NCBI GenBank assembly: GCA_038893995.1
Contig: JAWAQK010000015.1
Location: 1 to 47,586, forward strand
Direction of reading: 5' to 3'
DNA length: 47,586 bases
From: Candidatus Thorarchaeota archaeon
GTDB lineage: Archaea > Asgardarchaeota > Thorarchaeia > Thorarchaeales > Thorarchaeaceae
Position numbers and translations under genes: made by a program. The notes beneath the pieces are model-generated. The model did no database searches. It was not told where the DNA came from and saw nothing but the letters and a program-made list of their open reading frames with translations. Numbering within the stretch: the stretch's first letter is position 1; each line of letters starts with the position of its first letter. Of this stretch, positions 10,071 to 18,924 are shown piece after piece.

Positions 10071-11132
10071 ATGGCCGAGGCTGCTGACAAGGGAAGAGCT
10101 GACCAGCCAAGAAACTCAGATCAAGGTGGAAAGGAACAGAAGGTACAGACGGGGAGGAGCATCGCTCAGAGTACTACACGGGCCCGGGACTATGTGAGCC
10201 GTGTCGTGGGTCGAATTGTCAATCTCCGCATGCTTCGACGACTCGTACAGGTGTTCTTTCTGTTTGGCATAAATGCATACATCCTTGGCACCTGGTTTGC
10301 CGCAGACTGGATAGTTTCGCTGTGGCAGCAGTTCAGGGATATGCTCCCAACGCTGCCGATAATTGCCTCACTGGACGCACCCTACGCGGTCATTGCGGGA
10401 TCCTTCGATGCTCTGCAACGAGAGTTTACACGGGGGGTATTTCCATTCTTCACAATCGGAGGCGCGATTGTGATTCTTACAGTCATCGGACGCTCTGCGT
10501 GCGGGTGGATCTGTCCGATAGGCACTGTCCAAGACTTTGCAACGCTGCCAAACCCCCACAAGATCAGGGTATCTCCAGAGACCGAAGAAGGCATGAGAAG
10601 AGTCAAGGCCTACGTATTCGTAGGCGTGATGTTTGTCACTCTCTGGATATCAAGCAGTTATCTCACAGGCCAGGTCAATACGTTGCGCAATGCACTAGGA
10701 GTGTTCTTTGATTCTCCATTCAATCCTCTTAACCCTGCACATATTCTCTTTGTTGTAATACCGAGTCAGAACTGGCCGACCGACCTCAGCAAGCTCTGGT
10801 ATCTCATGACATTCGGGACCCTTGTCTGGATGCAGATAGCGTTCGTGGTCTTCGTGGTCATCGTGTCAATCTGGGTCCCAAGATGGTACTGCAGGTGGCT
10901 CTGCCCAGCAGGCTGGTTCTATGGACTGTTCTCCAAGAACGCAATCGTGGGTATTGGCCGTAATCCCGCCAGATGCACACCTGACACGTGCAGCATCTGC
11001 GAAGCCGTCTGTCCCATGAACATCAGGATACGAAGGTATCCATACCAGCACATGTACTCTCCGGACTGTATACTGTGCCTGGAGTGTAAGAGCCACTGTC
11101 CGAACAAGGCGATATCAGTCCGATTTGTCTAG
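10071..11132 (+). CDS. Membrane 4Fe-4S polyferredoxin (NapH/MauN-like)
   Basis: GRSACGWICPIG and RWYCRWLCPAG motifs, TM helices, two C-terminal CxxCxxxCP clusters; TTTAAAA at 10012-10018. Confidence 0.9.
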   Translation: MAEAADKGRADQPRNSDQGGKEQKVQTGRSIAQSTTRARDYVSRVVGRIVNLRMLRRLVQVFFLFGINAYILGTWFAADWIVSLWQQFRDMLPTLPIIASLDAPYAVIAGSFDALQREFTRGVFPFFTIGGAIVILTVIGRSACGWICPIGTVQDFATLPNPHKIRVSPETEEGMRRVKAYVFVGVMFVTLWISSSYLTGQVNTLRNALGVFFDSPFNPLNPAHILFVVIPSQNWPTDLSKLWYLMTFGTLVWMQIAFVVFVVIVSIWVPRWYCRWLCPAGWFYGLFSKNAIVGIGRNPARCTPDTCSICEAVCPMNIRIRRYPYQHMYSPDCILCLECKSHCPNKAISVRFV

Positions 11133-11573
11133 GAATTCCTGTTCGACATTGGAGGCCGCGTCGGCGAAGATCCTGACTGACTCCGAGTACAGTCGCATCA
11201 GGGCATAGCCCTCCTCGGTGATCTCAGATCCGCCTCCACCTGCACCATGTTCAATATCCATACCGCCCCTTCGCGTATTCAGTAGGCGCACACCGAGTTC
11301 ACGCTCCACATCCCTTATGAGTCCCCACGCGTATCTGTATGACATTCCAAGTGCCCTTGCGCCTCCAGTGATAGCTCCGGTCTCATGAATCGACTTTAGA
11401 AGTACGTAGACACCAGCGCCGAAAACGGGCCTTCGGCGCACATGAACGGACGCCAACTCTGGCTCGGCTTGACCGACGTCTCCGGACGTGATTCTGTCAC
11501 CTCCTGGCTGGGGAGTGATCTCGAACCAGATCTTCCATCTGAGTCTCAGGCGAGATTTCCTGTCTTTCTCCAA
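11115..11573 (-). CDS. Stand-alone ModE-type winged-helix regulator domain
   Basis: LLKSIHETGAITGGARALGMSYRYAW...RRGG...GGGSEIT. Confidence 0.88.
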   Translation of the reverse strand: MEKDRKSRLRLRWKIWFEITPQPGGDRITSGDVGQAEPELASVHVRRRPVFGAGVYVLLKSIHETGAITGGARALGMSYRYAWGLIRDVERELGVRLLNTRRGGMDIEHGAGGGGSEITEEGYALMRLYSESVRIFADAASNVEQEFLDKSD

Positions 11574-11623
11574 ACTGGCCTCACTTCGTCAATCGGAACC
11601 GCTTGGCAGATGAAATCAATGAG

Positions 11624-11839
11624 TCAGTGGCCCCATCTCAGCCGCTCAGGCTTCAGGTCTTCCTTGATATTCTTCTTGACCTGCTTATAGTGGTCAGCAC
11701 AGAGATATGTCCTGCGAGTACGGACGTCCCTCAGTCTAAGACCAGAGCGACTGATAGTATCTGCGATACGCGAGGTAGCAAAGGTCCTCTTCGAGGGCTT
11801 ATTGCAGCCCTCGATGCTGCAGGTCTTCGTCGTTTCCAA
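11624..11839 (-). CDS. Small basic zinc-finger-like protein
   Basis: CSIEGC...LCADHY; TTG at 11839 after a GAGAGGT SD. Confidence 0.7.
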   Translation of the reverse strand: METTKTCSIEGCNKPSKRTFATSRIADTISRSGLRLRDVRTRRTYLCADHYKQVKKNIKEDLKPERLRWGH

Positions 11840-11883
11840 AGCAGACCTCTCCAAATAGATGTCAGGAGGGACGTGCATTATAA

Positions 11884-12891
11884 CTATGACGGCCACGCTC
11901 CCTGCTGCTGGGCTGGAGGTATCAAGATGGGACCATGAGAGAAATCGAACAACATTCTCTCTTCGCGCCCTAGTCTCAGCCTGAACTCTCTGCTCCCATC
12001 CACGACACCAATAGGACTTGCACTCATCAGATGGTCCGCAGCAATCTTGATGACGTCCTTCACGTGGTCCTCATCGACTGACAGCAGGAATCCCAGAGAG
12101 ATATACATTCGGAGCCAGTCCTCTATGCCAACCTCCGGAGGACAGATCTTCTCAACCTGATCCAGGTGAATCACTGCCCCTCGACCCGAGTGTTCGACCA
12201 TCATTGCTGCGGTCCCGATCAGGCCAGCAACGGAGACGTCCTTCGAGGCATTCACAAGATGACGTTCAGCTATACTGTTCATCACAGCGAGTCTGACCCG
12301 GATCTCATCGGGACTGCGACCGGTCACAGAGTCCCACCCGAGTTTGTAGTTCTTGCCCCGGGCGCCAACTCTGTCGTGAAGTAGCAACAATGTGTCACCA
12401 GATCTGGCACCGCAGGATGTAAGACGACACCTTCTATCCACTCGGCCAGTGGCACAACCCACAACATATGGTCGGGCGGAACCCGGGTTTGTGTGCCCTC
12501 TGACAATGGGCACACGGAACACCTGAGAGGCTCTAGTGATGCCACTGAGCAGTCCTTCACGCATCGAGTCATCGATATAGGAAACGACTACCGAGATGGA
12601 AGTCGGTACCCCTCCCGCTGCATATATGTCCATCACGTTTGCAAGGACTACATTGAACCCTGCCGAGTAGGGATAGTTGGCGCAAAGATCCTCTGCGATG
12701 GAGTCTACTGTTATGAGAAGCAACTCGTCGCAAGACGTTTCGACAACAGCGGAATCCTCTCCGAAGGTACCAGTGACATCTCCTCTGTAGGAGTCTTGCT
12801 CGAGCCGCCTCGCCACTTCGGGTAGGACCATCTTTCTTCTCATGCCATCAAATGAGAGGAGGATCCTCACGATTTGGTCCAATCGTTCCAA
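11884..12891 (-). CDS. AIR synthase/PurM-related protein (methanogenesis marker 2/sll0787-like)
   Basis: FGEDSAV, NVMDIYAAGG, RGHT, SKDVS motifs. Confidence 0.85.
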   Translation of the reverse strand: MERLDQIVRILLSFDGMRRKMVLPEVARRLEQDSYRGDVTGTFGEDSAVVETSCDELLLITVDSIAEDLCANYPYSAGFNVVLANVMDIYAAGGVPTSISVVVSYIDDSMREGLLSGITRASQVFRVPIVRGHTNPGSARPYVVGCATGRVDRRCRLTSCGARSGDTLLLLHDRVGARGKNYKLGWDSVTGRSPDEIRVRLAVMNSIAERHLVNASKDVSVAGLIGTAAMMVEHSGRGAVIHLDQVEKICPPEVGIEDWLRMYISLGFLLSVDEDHVKDVIKIAADHLMSASPIGVVDGSREFRLRLGREERMLFDFSHGPILIPPAQQQGAWPS

Positions 12892-12924
12892 GGAAGATCA
12901 CTCCCCTCGCTGGAAACATGTACC

Positions 12925-13050
12925 TCATGGCGGTCCGAGGAAACTAATGACGAGAGATTTCTGTTCAAGTAGCAGGCCGATTGCAAGCAGAGACACTCCT
13001 ATCATCAGGAGGATTAGGGCCTTCATCAACGGTCGTATCCCGTCGAGCAA
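12925..13050 (-). CDS. 41-aa single-pass membrane micropeptide
   Basis: Read by hand: MLDGIRPLMKALILLMIGVSLLAIGLLLEQKSLVISFLGPP; GGTGA SD and CTTTAA box at 13086-13091. Confidence 0.65.
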   Translation of the reverse strand: MLDGIRPLMKALILLMIGVSLLAIGLLLEQKSLVISFLGPP

Positions 13051-13119
13051 CTGGGCTCACCACGGAGAGGAGGCTGATGTGGCCCTTAAAGAGGTTGTGG
13101 ACAACGGGGCCGCGCTGGT

Positions 13120-13428
13120 CTAGTTGCCCTTTACACCCAGTTTCTTGGCGTACTTCTTCGGTATCGACGCCGGGTCTACAAATTTCTCCACATATACGTC
13201 CTCGTCCAAGTCGTCAACGTGTTTCACGGGTGAACGACACAGACCTTCAGAGGTCATCCTGCGACTGTCACAGGATGCATACTGACACCACGGACCGTCA
13301 CATTCGTCATCTACCATCCTACACCACAATAGTCTTTGTCCCCTCCTGCTTACCAGCTTGAGAGATGGGGGACGAGTTTCGCAGACGAAGTGTTTGCACG
13401 AAGGAGCACACTTTCTAGATTCCGACAT
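13120..13428 (-). CDS. Cys-rich putative zinc-binding hypothetical protein
   Basis: Eight spaced Cys (CAPSCKHFVC...WC...C..PWCQYASC...LC); AGGAGG SD. Confidence 0.8.
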   Translation of the reverse strand: MSESRKCAPSCKHFVCETRPPSLKLVSRRGQRLLWCRMVDDECDGPWCQYASCDSRRMTSEGLCRSPVKHVDDLDEDVYVEKFVDPASIPKKYAKKLGVKGN

Positions 13429-14292
13429 GATTCTGTCCTCCTGACTCCAACTCTGGACAGAGAATCATCACCTCGAGCCAACCTCCGGTGGTTCTGTCAT
13501 CATCTGTTGGACCCCCAGGTCATTGAGGTCGACTTCAGAGACCAGTACAGGGCCATGTGAAGTACAAGACAGCACGCCGATATTGCATCGTGGAACATGA
13601 CGTCCAGGCCTCAGACAGAAGGTCATCTTATCGGCAGTATGGATCCGCAGCCAGACAAGACCTGTCCCTGCTCGCTTTTCAGATTCGGAGCGCGAGGTCG
13701 TGGCATTGACCCTGTTTCCCGGTTCCTCACAGACCAGGGGTCTAGTCGCATGAGATCCATCGTGCTGCTCGAGTGAGGGGACTGACAGATGGGAAGCTGC
13801 TGTCATAGGCCCAACTGCTGGCCGGTACAGGGGACCACGAGTCTCCTGTCTTGGGACCACGAGCGATTTCAGACGACTCCCAAATGCCTCGGCCCGCCTC
13901 ATGTTCAGAACACAACCAACGACCTGTGGAACGTATGAACGACAGCTCGATCGAGTTGTTCGGTGATGATCATCCGACTCTTCTCGGGACATCCTCAGCA
14001 CCGTCCCAAGGAGTACGACTGACGCCGACTGAGCATCCGTGTCATCCATGCCGTCTACAGAGAGGAAGCGTTCTGGGCCAGACACCTCTGAGGACACCCC
14101 TAGTACACCGTGGCAATACAGACTGTGGTCTCTTTGTTGTCAATGTCAGTCCTAGAGCCCTTGAACACCGATGGCACTTCGTGCACCATCCAAGACATGA
14201 ATGTGTTAGGGGTGAGGACCAAGCCGTCACAACAACGGCCTCCTTATGCACACTGGTTCCAGTCAAGAGTGACATGACAGACCCTGTGGATT

Positions 14293-14610
14293 CTACTTAA
14301 GCTCAGCCAGCCTGGCTGCGGCCTCATCCAACTTGGCCTTCGTAGTAACAATGGACTCCACACCGTAGTTCGGAAGTACCTTGAGCTCTTCGATCAACAG
14401 GGCAAGGGCCTTCACCGCGTCGATCTGCTTCTGCTCGAGAGTCCCATCCGGATATGTTATTGATGCTTCAGTCCAAGTCTTCTTCTCAACGTCGGCTGGG
14501 AACAGTACGTAGATGTAGTCACTATTGCTACAGATGAAAGATGGTGTACTCTCCCATGCCTTTGCAAGAAGCACCCCAAAGGCCTTGGCATTTTCAGACT
14601 TGTCGCCCAT
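14293..14610 (-). CDS. Hypothetical protein
   Basis: 105-aa ORF with GGTGA SD and normal composition. Confidence 0.8.
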   Translation of the reverse strand: MGDKSENAKAFGVLLAKAWESTPSFICSNSDYIYVLFPADVEKKTWTEASITYPDGTLEQKQIDAVKALALLIEELKVLPNYGVESIVTTKAKLDEAAARLAELK

Positions 14611-14687
14611 TGAGTTTCACCCTACTAGCTAGGTGGAACACATGAATGCAGGTAGTCTTGGCTTATTTCTTTTGCTCGCGGCCACCG

Positions 14688-15266
14688 TCAGGGCCTGTGC
14701 CAGACGAATGAATAGTACGCTATCTCACCATTCGTCTTGACCGTCGCTATGATGAACCTCTTACGGACGCTTGTTGCCAGTCTGCCCGCCCTCACGATAT
14801 CCAGCGGCATCACGCCCAGTCTCTGAGGAATGACATGCACCAGGAAAGGAGCGTGGTCCTTTCCAGGCCCGTACTCGTAAACGGCAAAGTCCGTCCCGAA
14901 CTTCAGACCAGGTCTCACAACAAAACCTCGCTCTCGAAGCTGAGTGTAGACGAAGAGCCTGTCACGAAATGTGTCCGACTTCTTCTGACCGATGTCGATG
15001 ATATCGTCCCTACAGAGAAACCGGTCTGTGATTGGATCGTGTACCTTCAGCAGTCCCTTGTCAGTCAGATAGGCGCACTCCAGCAGAGAGAGCTCGAGAG
15101 GGCGATCAAACTCAGGAGTGCGAGGCTTTCGTATTCCGACGGGCTGTCCAAAGTACCCGTTTGAATACAGCCTTGTACCATGTGCGGGGCTCCAGACTAT
15201 TGCTCTGTCAATGACGAGTTCTGCCAGGGGAACATCGTCTTCGTCAGTCCCGGACAAGTGACCCAC
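14688..15266 (-). CDS. endA: tRNA-intron endonuclease
   Basis: LSLLECAYL, VYTQLRERGFVVRPGLKFGTDFAVY, HAPF, RLATSVRK. Confidence 0.95.
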   Translation of the reverse strand: MGHLSGTDEDDVPLAELVIDRAIVWSPAHGTRLYSNGYFGQPVGIRKPRTPEFDRPLELSLLECAYLTDKGLLKVHDPITDRFLCRDDIIDIGQKKSDTFRDRLFVYTQLRERGFVVRPGLKFGTDFAVYEYGPGKDHAPFLVHVIPQRLGVMPLDIVRAGRLATSVRKRFIIATVKTNGEIAYYSFVWHRP

Positions 15267-15270
15267 CGTC

Positions 15271-15933
15271 TCATACGTTGAGAGTCAACGATATGCCACG
15301 AATCGTGTTAGCGATGTCCTCGCAGAAGTTGCTCACTTCTTCGAGGGTGTTGACGAAATCACGCATCCTGAGCATCGTCGCAAGCGGTATCGGACTCGGA
15401 TATAGGAGAGACCACACGTCTCGCATGAGTGAGTCTATCACCTTCTCGAGACGACACACTTCCGTGGCCTTGTTCATCGCGGTCTCGATGTTGATTGAGA
15501 GGAAACGGACGGCCTCTCTAGACTCGGTCACTAGGTTGAGATAGGTGTGGATCAACTCGTCTACCTTGTCCTTGAGCTTGTCGCTGGGGATCCAGTCGCG
15601 CATGAACCCCTCAAGGTGATAGCAGGCGATCTCGGCGCCATCCAGTATCTTGTCATTCAAGTTTACGAGCCGGAGCAGATCCTCTCGTTGCATGAGTGAG
15701 TGAGCCGCGGCGAGAGCATCAAGGATCTGACACTTGATTTCATTGCCCTTCTCTTCGTAATCCGTTACCGTCGAAAGATCTCCGGACCCAATGACCGCAC
15801 CAGAGTCAAGCCAAGCCAGCACCGCACCAACCAGGACCTTGGTCGAAGACAGAGCTAGCCTGAAATGTTCGTCAATCATCTGAGTGATATTGGCCAGCTC
15901 ACTACTGTTCTGTCGCTTGGCATCCAAGACCAT
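15271..15933 (-). CDS. DUF47/PhoU-like phosphate transport regulator family protein
   Basis: EEKGNEIK...REDLLRL...D.ILD, and LEKVID...SNFCED repeats. Confidence 0.8.
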   Translation of the reverse strand: MVLDAKRQNSSELANITQMIDEHFRLALSSTKVLVGAVLAWLDSGAVIGSGDLSTVTDYEEKGNEIKCQILDALAAAHSLMQREDLLRLVNLNDKILDGAEIACYHLEGFMRDWIPSDKLKDKVDELIHTYLNLVTESREAVRFLSINIETAMNKATEVCRLEKVIDSLMRDVWSLLYPSPIPLATMLRMRDFVNTLEEVSNFCEDIANTIRGISLTLNV

Positions 15934-16012
15934 TGATGTGCATCCCAGAGTACCCCGCCTGAGAATCGGTTTTAAATCTTCGCCAGAGGTCGGTCAGTAC
16001 AGAGACATCACA

Positions 16013-16795
16013 ATGGAACCGTGGCAATTTCTTGTAGCACTCATCCAGGGGCTGGTAGAGTGGCTTCCGATAAGTAGCTCTGGTCAGACGATCCTCGTAT
16101 TGTACAATGCTGCAGAAGTGCCCATCGAAACCGCCATTCACACCGCAGTCTGGCTCCACCTTGGGACCGCTGCAGCTGTGATAGTTCGGTATCGCTCGGA
16201 CTTTATCAGTATCATCACGATTGCAGATCGCGCATTGGTCAAGCACTTGATAGTCGCCACAGCAGCCACAGCAGTGACTGGAGTCCCAACATACTTCCTA
16301 ATACTGAATCTGGTGAGGAACGGAGAGTTCCTCAACCTCATCGTCGGTCTGTCGCTGATAATCACGAGTCAGGTCGTTCGGGCATCAGAGAAACAGACAA
16401 CAGCAGAGACATGCAATGCTGTTGTATCGGACCGGAATGCGTTGATCGCGGGACTCATGCAAGGGTTCTCAGTGATCCCGGGTCTCAGTCGATCCGGGGT
16501 GACAATTGCAACACTCCTGGGTCAGAGGGTTGACAAGGAGCACGCACTGAAATTCAGCTTCCTGATGAGCGTGCCCGCTGTCCTGGGAATACTCGTGCTC
16601 GAGGCCCTCATAGGAGCACAGTCACCCATTATTGTGTCCGTCAGTGACCTGTTCCTGATGCAGATCGTCGTCTTCTTGACTGGACTGGCGTCCATGGAAT
16701 TCCTGCTCAGACTGGCCCGCAGGGTGAGCATGGCAGTACTATGTCTTACCCTCGGTGTGATCGCGCTCGTAATCGGACTACCAGGACTATTCTGA
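16013..16795 (+). CDS. uppP: Undecaprenyl-diphosphate phosphatase (BacA/UppP family)
   Basis: IQGLVEWLPISSSG, HLGT, QGFSVIPGLSRSG, FSFLMSVP; start moved to the ATG at 16013; shared divergent TTTTAAA at ~15970. Confidence 0.92.
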   Translation: MEPWQFLVALIQGLVEWLPISSSGQTILVLYNAAEVPIETAIHTAVWLHLGTAAAVIVRYRSDFISIITIADRALVKHLIVATAATAVTGVPTYFLILNLVRNGEFLNLIVGLSLIITSQVVRASEKQTTAETCNAVVSDRNALIAGLMQGFSVIPGLSRSGVTIATLLGQRVDKEHALKFSFLMSVPAVLGILVLEALIGAQSPIIVSVSDLFLMQIVVFLTGLASMEFLLRLARRVSMAVLCLTLGVIALVIGLPGLF

Positions 16796-17506
16796 TCGCT
16801 TCTGAAATATCAGGGCGACGGGAGCATTGGCAGATCTCCACTCAGCGAGTTTTCCTTCGTAGTCCACCGGGATCACATGTCGTCCATGATTTCCTACTAT
16901 TACGAACAGCGTGCCTACTCGCGACAGCTTAAGCAGTATCTTGGTCCAGTTATCTATCCGTCGAACGATCTTCTCCAGGAGTGTCTTGGGGGGAGTCATG
17001 TGACCATACTGGGCATATAGGCTCTCAAAGTCGAGGAAATGCAGATAGAGTAGGTCTGTGCTGCCAATGAGCTTGGTTGACTCTACATAGGTGGACATGT
17101 CATCTCGAGTGGTGACCGTGTAGGCAGGGTGGAATCCAAATACGTCCATGTCGTCTTCACGGCAGACTACACGAACGGACTTTCCAAACTGCCTGACATG
17201 CTCGATCAGACTGAGACCAGATCCTGTACTCAACAGGGACTTGGTCAATGAGACTGCGTATGGGTCACAGTCCTCGATGAGCGCGAGAACCTCCAGGTTC
17301 TTTATCATGCATTCGGGTCTATACACTACTGCCTCAAATAGGCCGAAATTGTCGACCATCATCATTACTACGCCACTGGGACTGAACTTGGATACCAAGT
17401 CTGCGTTGGCAGGAGGAAGACCGTCCGGTACCTGGATATTCATGAAGGTCAGTATTGTGGACGGGAACTCTCTCGCTATTGTTCGGATATGAGGAAACGA
17501 CATCAC
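16787..17506 (-). CDS. Alkaline-phosphatase-superfamily-like protein, degenerate
   Basis: MMVDNFG, LLYLHFLDFE, FVIVGNHG echo the AlkP/NPP core motifs. Confidence 0.6.
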   Translation of the reverse strand: MMSFPHIRTIAREFPSTILTFMNIQVPDGLPPANADLVSKFSPSGVVMMMVDNFGLFEAVVYRPECMIKNLEVLALIEDCDPYAVSLTKSLLSTGSGLSLIEHVRQFGKSVRVVCREDDMDVFGFHPAYTVTTRDDMSTYVESTKLIGSTDLLYLHFLDFESLYAQYGHMTPPKTLLEKIVRRIDNWTKILLKLSRVGTLFVIVGNHGRHVIPVDYEGKLAEWRSANAPVALIFQKRSE

Positions 17507-17646
17507 AGATGCCTCTGACGTGGCTCGTCAAGACCCAGAGTGAGTGTTGAACCGAGGTCGTCGCATCGAACAGAATATGCTTAAAGATATTGAGCTATGG
17601 CAACCAAGTCCTCAGCAAAGGACGCGAGGCCGGAGCAAGCAGAGCC

Positions 17647-18612
17647 ATGACAGTCAGTAGGATAGTCTACGACCCGGATGTGCGATTCATTCTCAGCGGA
17701 GGAAAGGGAGGCGTCGGAAAGACGAGTTGTGCTGCCGCCATCTCAATCTTGTCGGCAGAACAGGGACTACGCACCCTCATCGTATCGACTGACCCCGCTC
17801 ACAGTCTCAGCGACAGCTTTGACCAGAATCTCTCAGGTGGAGAGGCAGTTGCCATCGAACAGGTCAGGGACCTCTGGGGAATGGAGGTGGACACCAAGAA
17901 GGGGATGAGGGAGTTTCAGAAGAGTATTGGTTCAGGGGTTCTCGGAGAGGAGACCAGCATGGCCATTGCATTGATAGGAGACCTGGATAGCATGACACCC
18001 CCGGGCGCTGATGAGGCAATGTCATTTGGTAAGATGCTCGAGTTCATCAGCGACAACAGTTACGATCGCATAGTCTTCGACACTGCGCCCACGGGTCATA
18101 CGCTCAAGCTGCTGGAACTTCCAGACCTACTCGACTCCTGGATTGGCAAGATCGTGACTATGCGCCAACGTTTCAGTTCGTTGTTGTCCGGAATAAGGGG
18201 CATGTTCGGCGGACCACAGCAAGAGGATGACTCATGGGAGGCGCTCAAGGCGACAAAGGAGAAGATCAGGGCTGCACGAGACATACTGTCAGACCCTGCA
18301 ATGACGCAGTTCATCGTTGTGATGATTCCAGAAACGATGGCCCTTTTTGAAACGCAGAGGTTGATGGCAAGTCTCAACACATGGAAGATACCAGTTAGCC
18401 ATATGATCATCAATCAAGTAGTGCCGGAAAACCCGTCCTGTCGTTTCTGCACAGTGCGACACGAGATGCAGAGGAGGAACATTCTGGACATCCGAGACAT
18501 ATATCGAGACCTTGAGATCACGGAGGTCCCCCTTTTCGACAGGGAGATAAGAGGCATCAATGAGCTAAGAACACTGGCGAGAATACTAGTAGGCGAGGTC
18601 GAGATGAAATGA
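17647..18612 (+). CDS. Get3/TRC40-type ArsA-family ATPase
   Basis: GGKGGVGKT, STDPAHSLSD, DTAPTGHT, Met-rich helical insert, CRFC (CxxC); single ~320-aa domain; start moved to the ATG at 17647. Confidence 0.92.
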   Translation: MTVSRIVYDPDVRFILSGGKGGVGKTSCAAAISILSAEQGLRTLIVSTDPAHSLSDSFDQNLSGGEAVAIEQVRDLWGMEVDTKKGMREFQKSIGSGVLGEETSMAIALIGDLDSMTPPGADEAMSFGKMLEFISDNSYDRIVFDTAPTGHTLKLLELPDLLDSWIGKIVTMRQRFSSLLSGIRGMFGGPQQEDDSWEALKATKEKIRAARDILSDPAMTQFIVVMIPETMALFETQRLMASLNTWKIPVSHMIINQVVPENPSCRFCTVRHEMQRRNILDIRDIYRDLEITEVPLFDREIRGINELRTLARILVGEVEMK

Positions 18613-18713
18613 AATACTCAACAAAGAGAAAGATCATCTCAGCAGTGTTTCTGACTATTCTTGTGCTCTCAGTCGCCGCCACTATATACGCGATCGTGTC
18701 AACACTACCGTGA
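18609..18713 (+). CDS. 34-aa membrane micropeptide with a basic N-terminus and a TM helix ending near the C-terminus
   Basis: Read by hand: MKYSTKRKIISAVFLTILVLSVAATIYAIVSTLP; ATGA overlap with the ATPase stop and an upstream GAGGT. Confidence 0.7.
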   Translation: MKYSTKRKIISAVFLTILVLSVAATIYAIVSTLP

Positions 18714-18724
18714 TTGCGGCTCGA

Positions 18725-18868
18725 CTACACGGCCTTGACTCTCTTCACGACCGGGGGACGTATCTTGTACAGGATTCGGGCTCCACAGTAGGGGCACTTG
18801 ACCCCAGGCAGAGTCTTCATCTGGTCAGGAGTCACCTGTTTATGACAGGTATGACACATGTATACCAT
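18725..18868 (-). CDS. rpoP: DNA-directed RNA polymerase subunit P (Rpo12)
   Basis: Read by hand: MVYMCHTCHKQV...VKCPYCGARILYKIRPPVVKRVKAV. Confidence 0.95.
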   Translation of the reverse strand: MVYMCHTCHKQVTPDQMKTLPGVKCPYCGARILYKIRPPVVKRVKAV

Positions 18869-18924
18869 GCTTGACGACCTAACGGTTCAGCACACATCGC
18901 GAATATGAAGCTTTTCTTGTTGAC

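Noticed and set aside
13831-13863. CRISPR or tandem-repeat array
   Set aside because: Only two copies of an 11-bp unit; no cas genes or regular spacers anywhere in the window
13468-14097. 209-aa ORF as a real CDS
   Set aside because: No recognisable motif and atypical composition; reported only as part of an unexplained gap
17647-18612. Arsenite-efflux ArsA
   Set aside because: Single domain with Get3-type insert and CxxC; no arsB/acr3/arsD/arsR nearby
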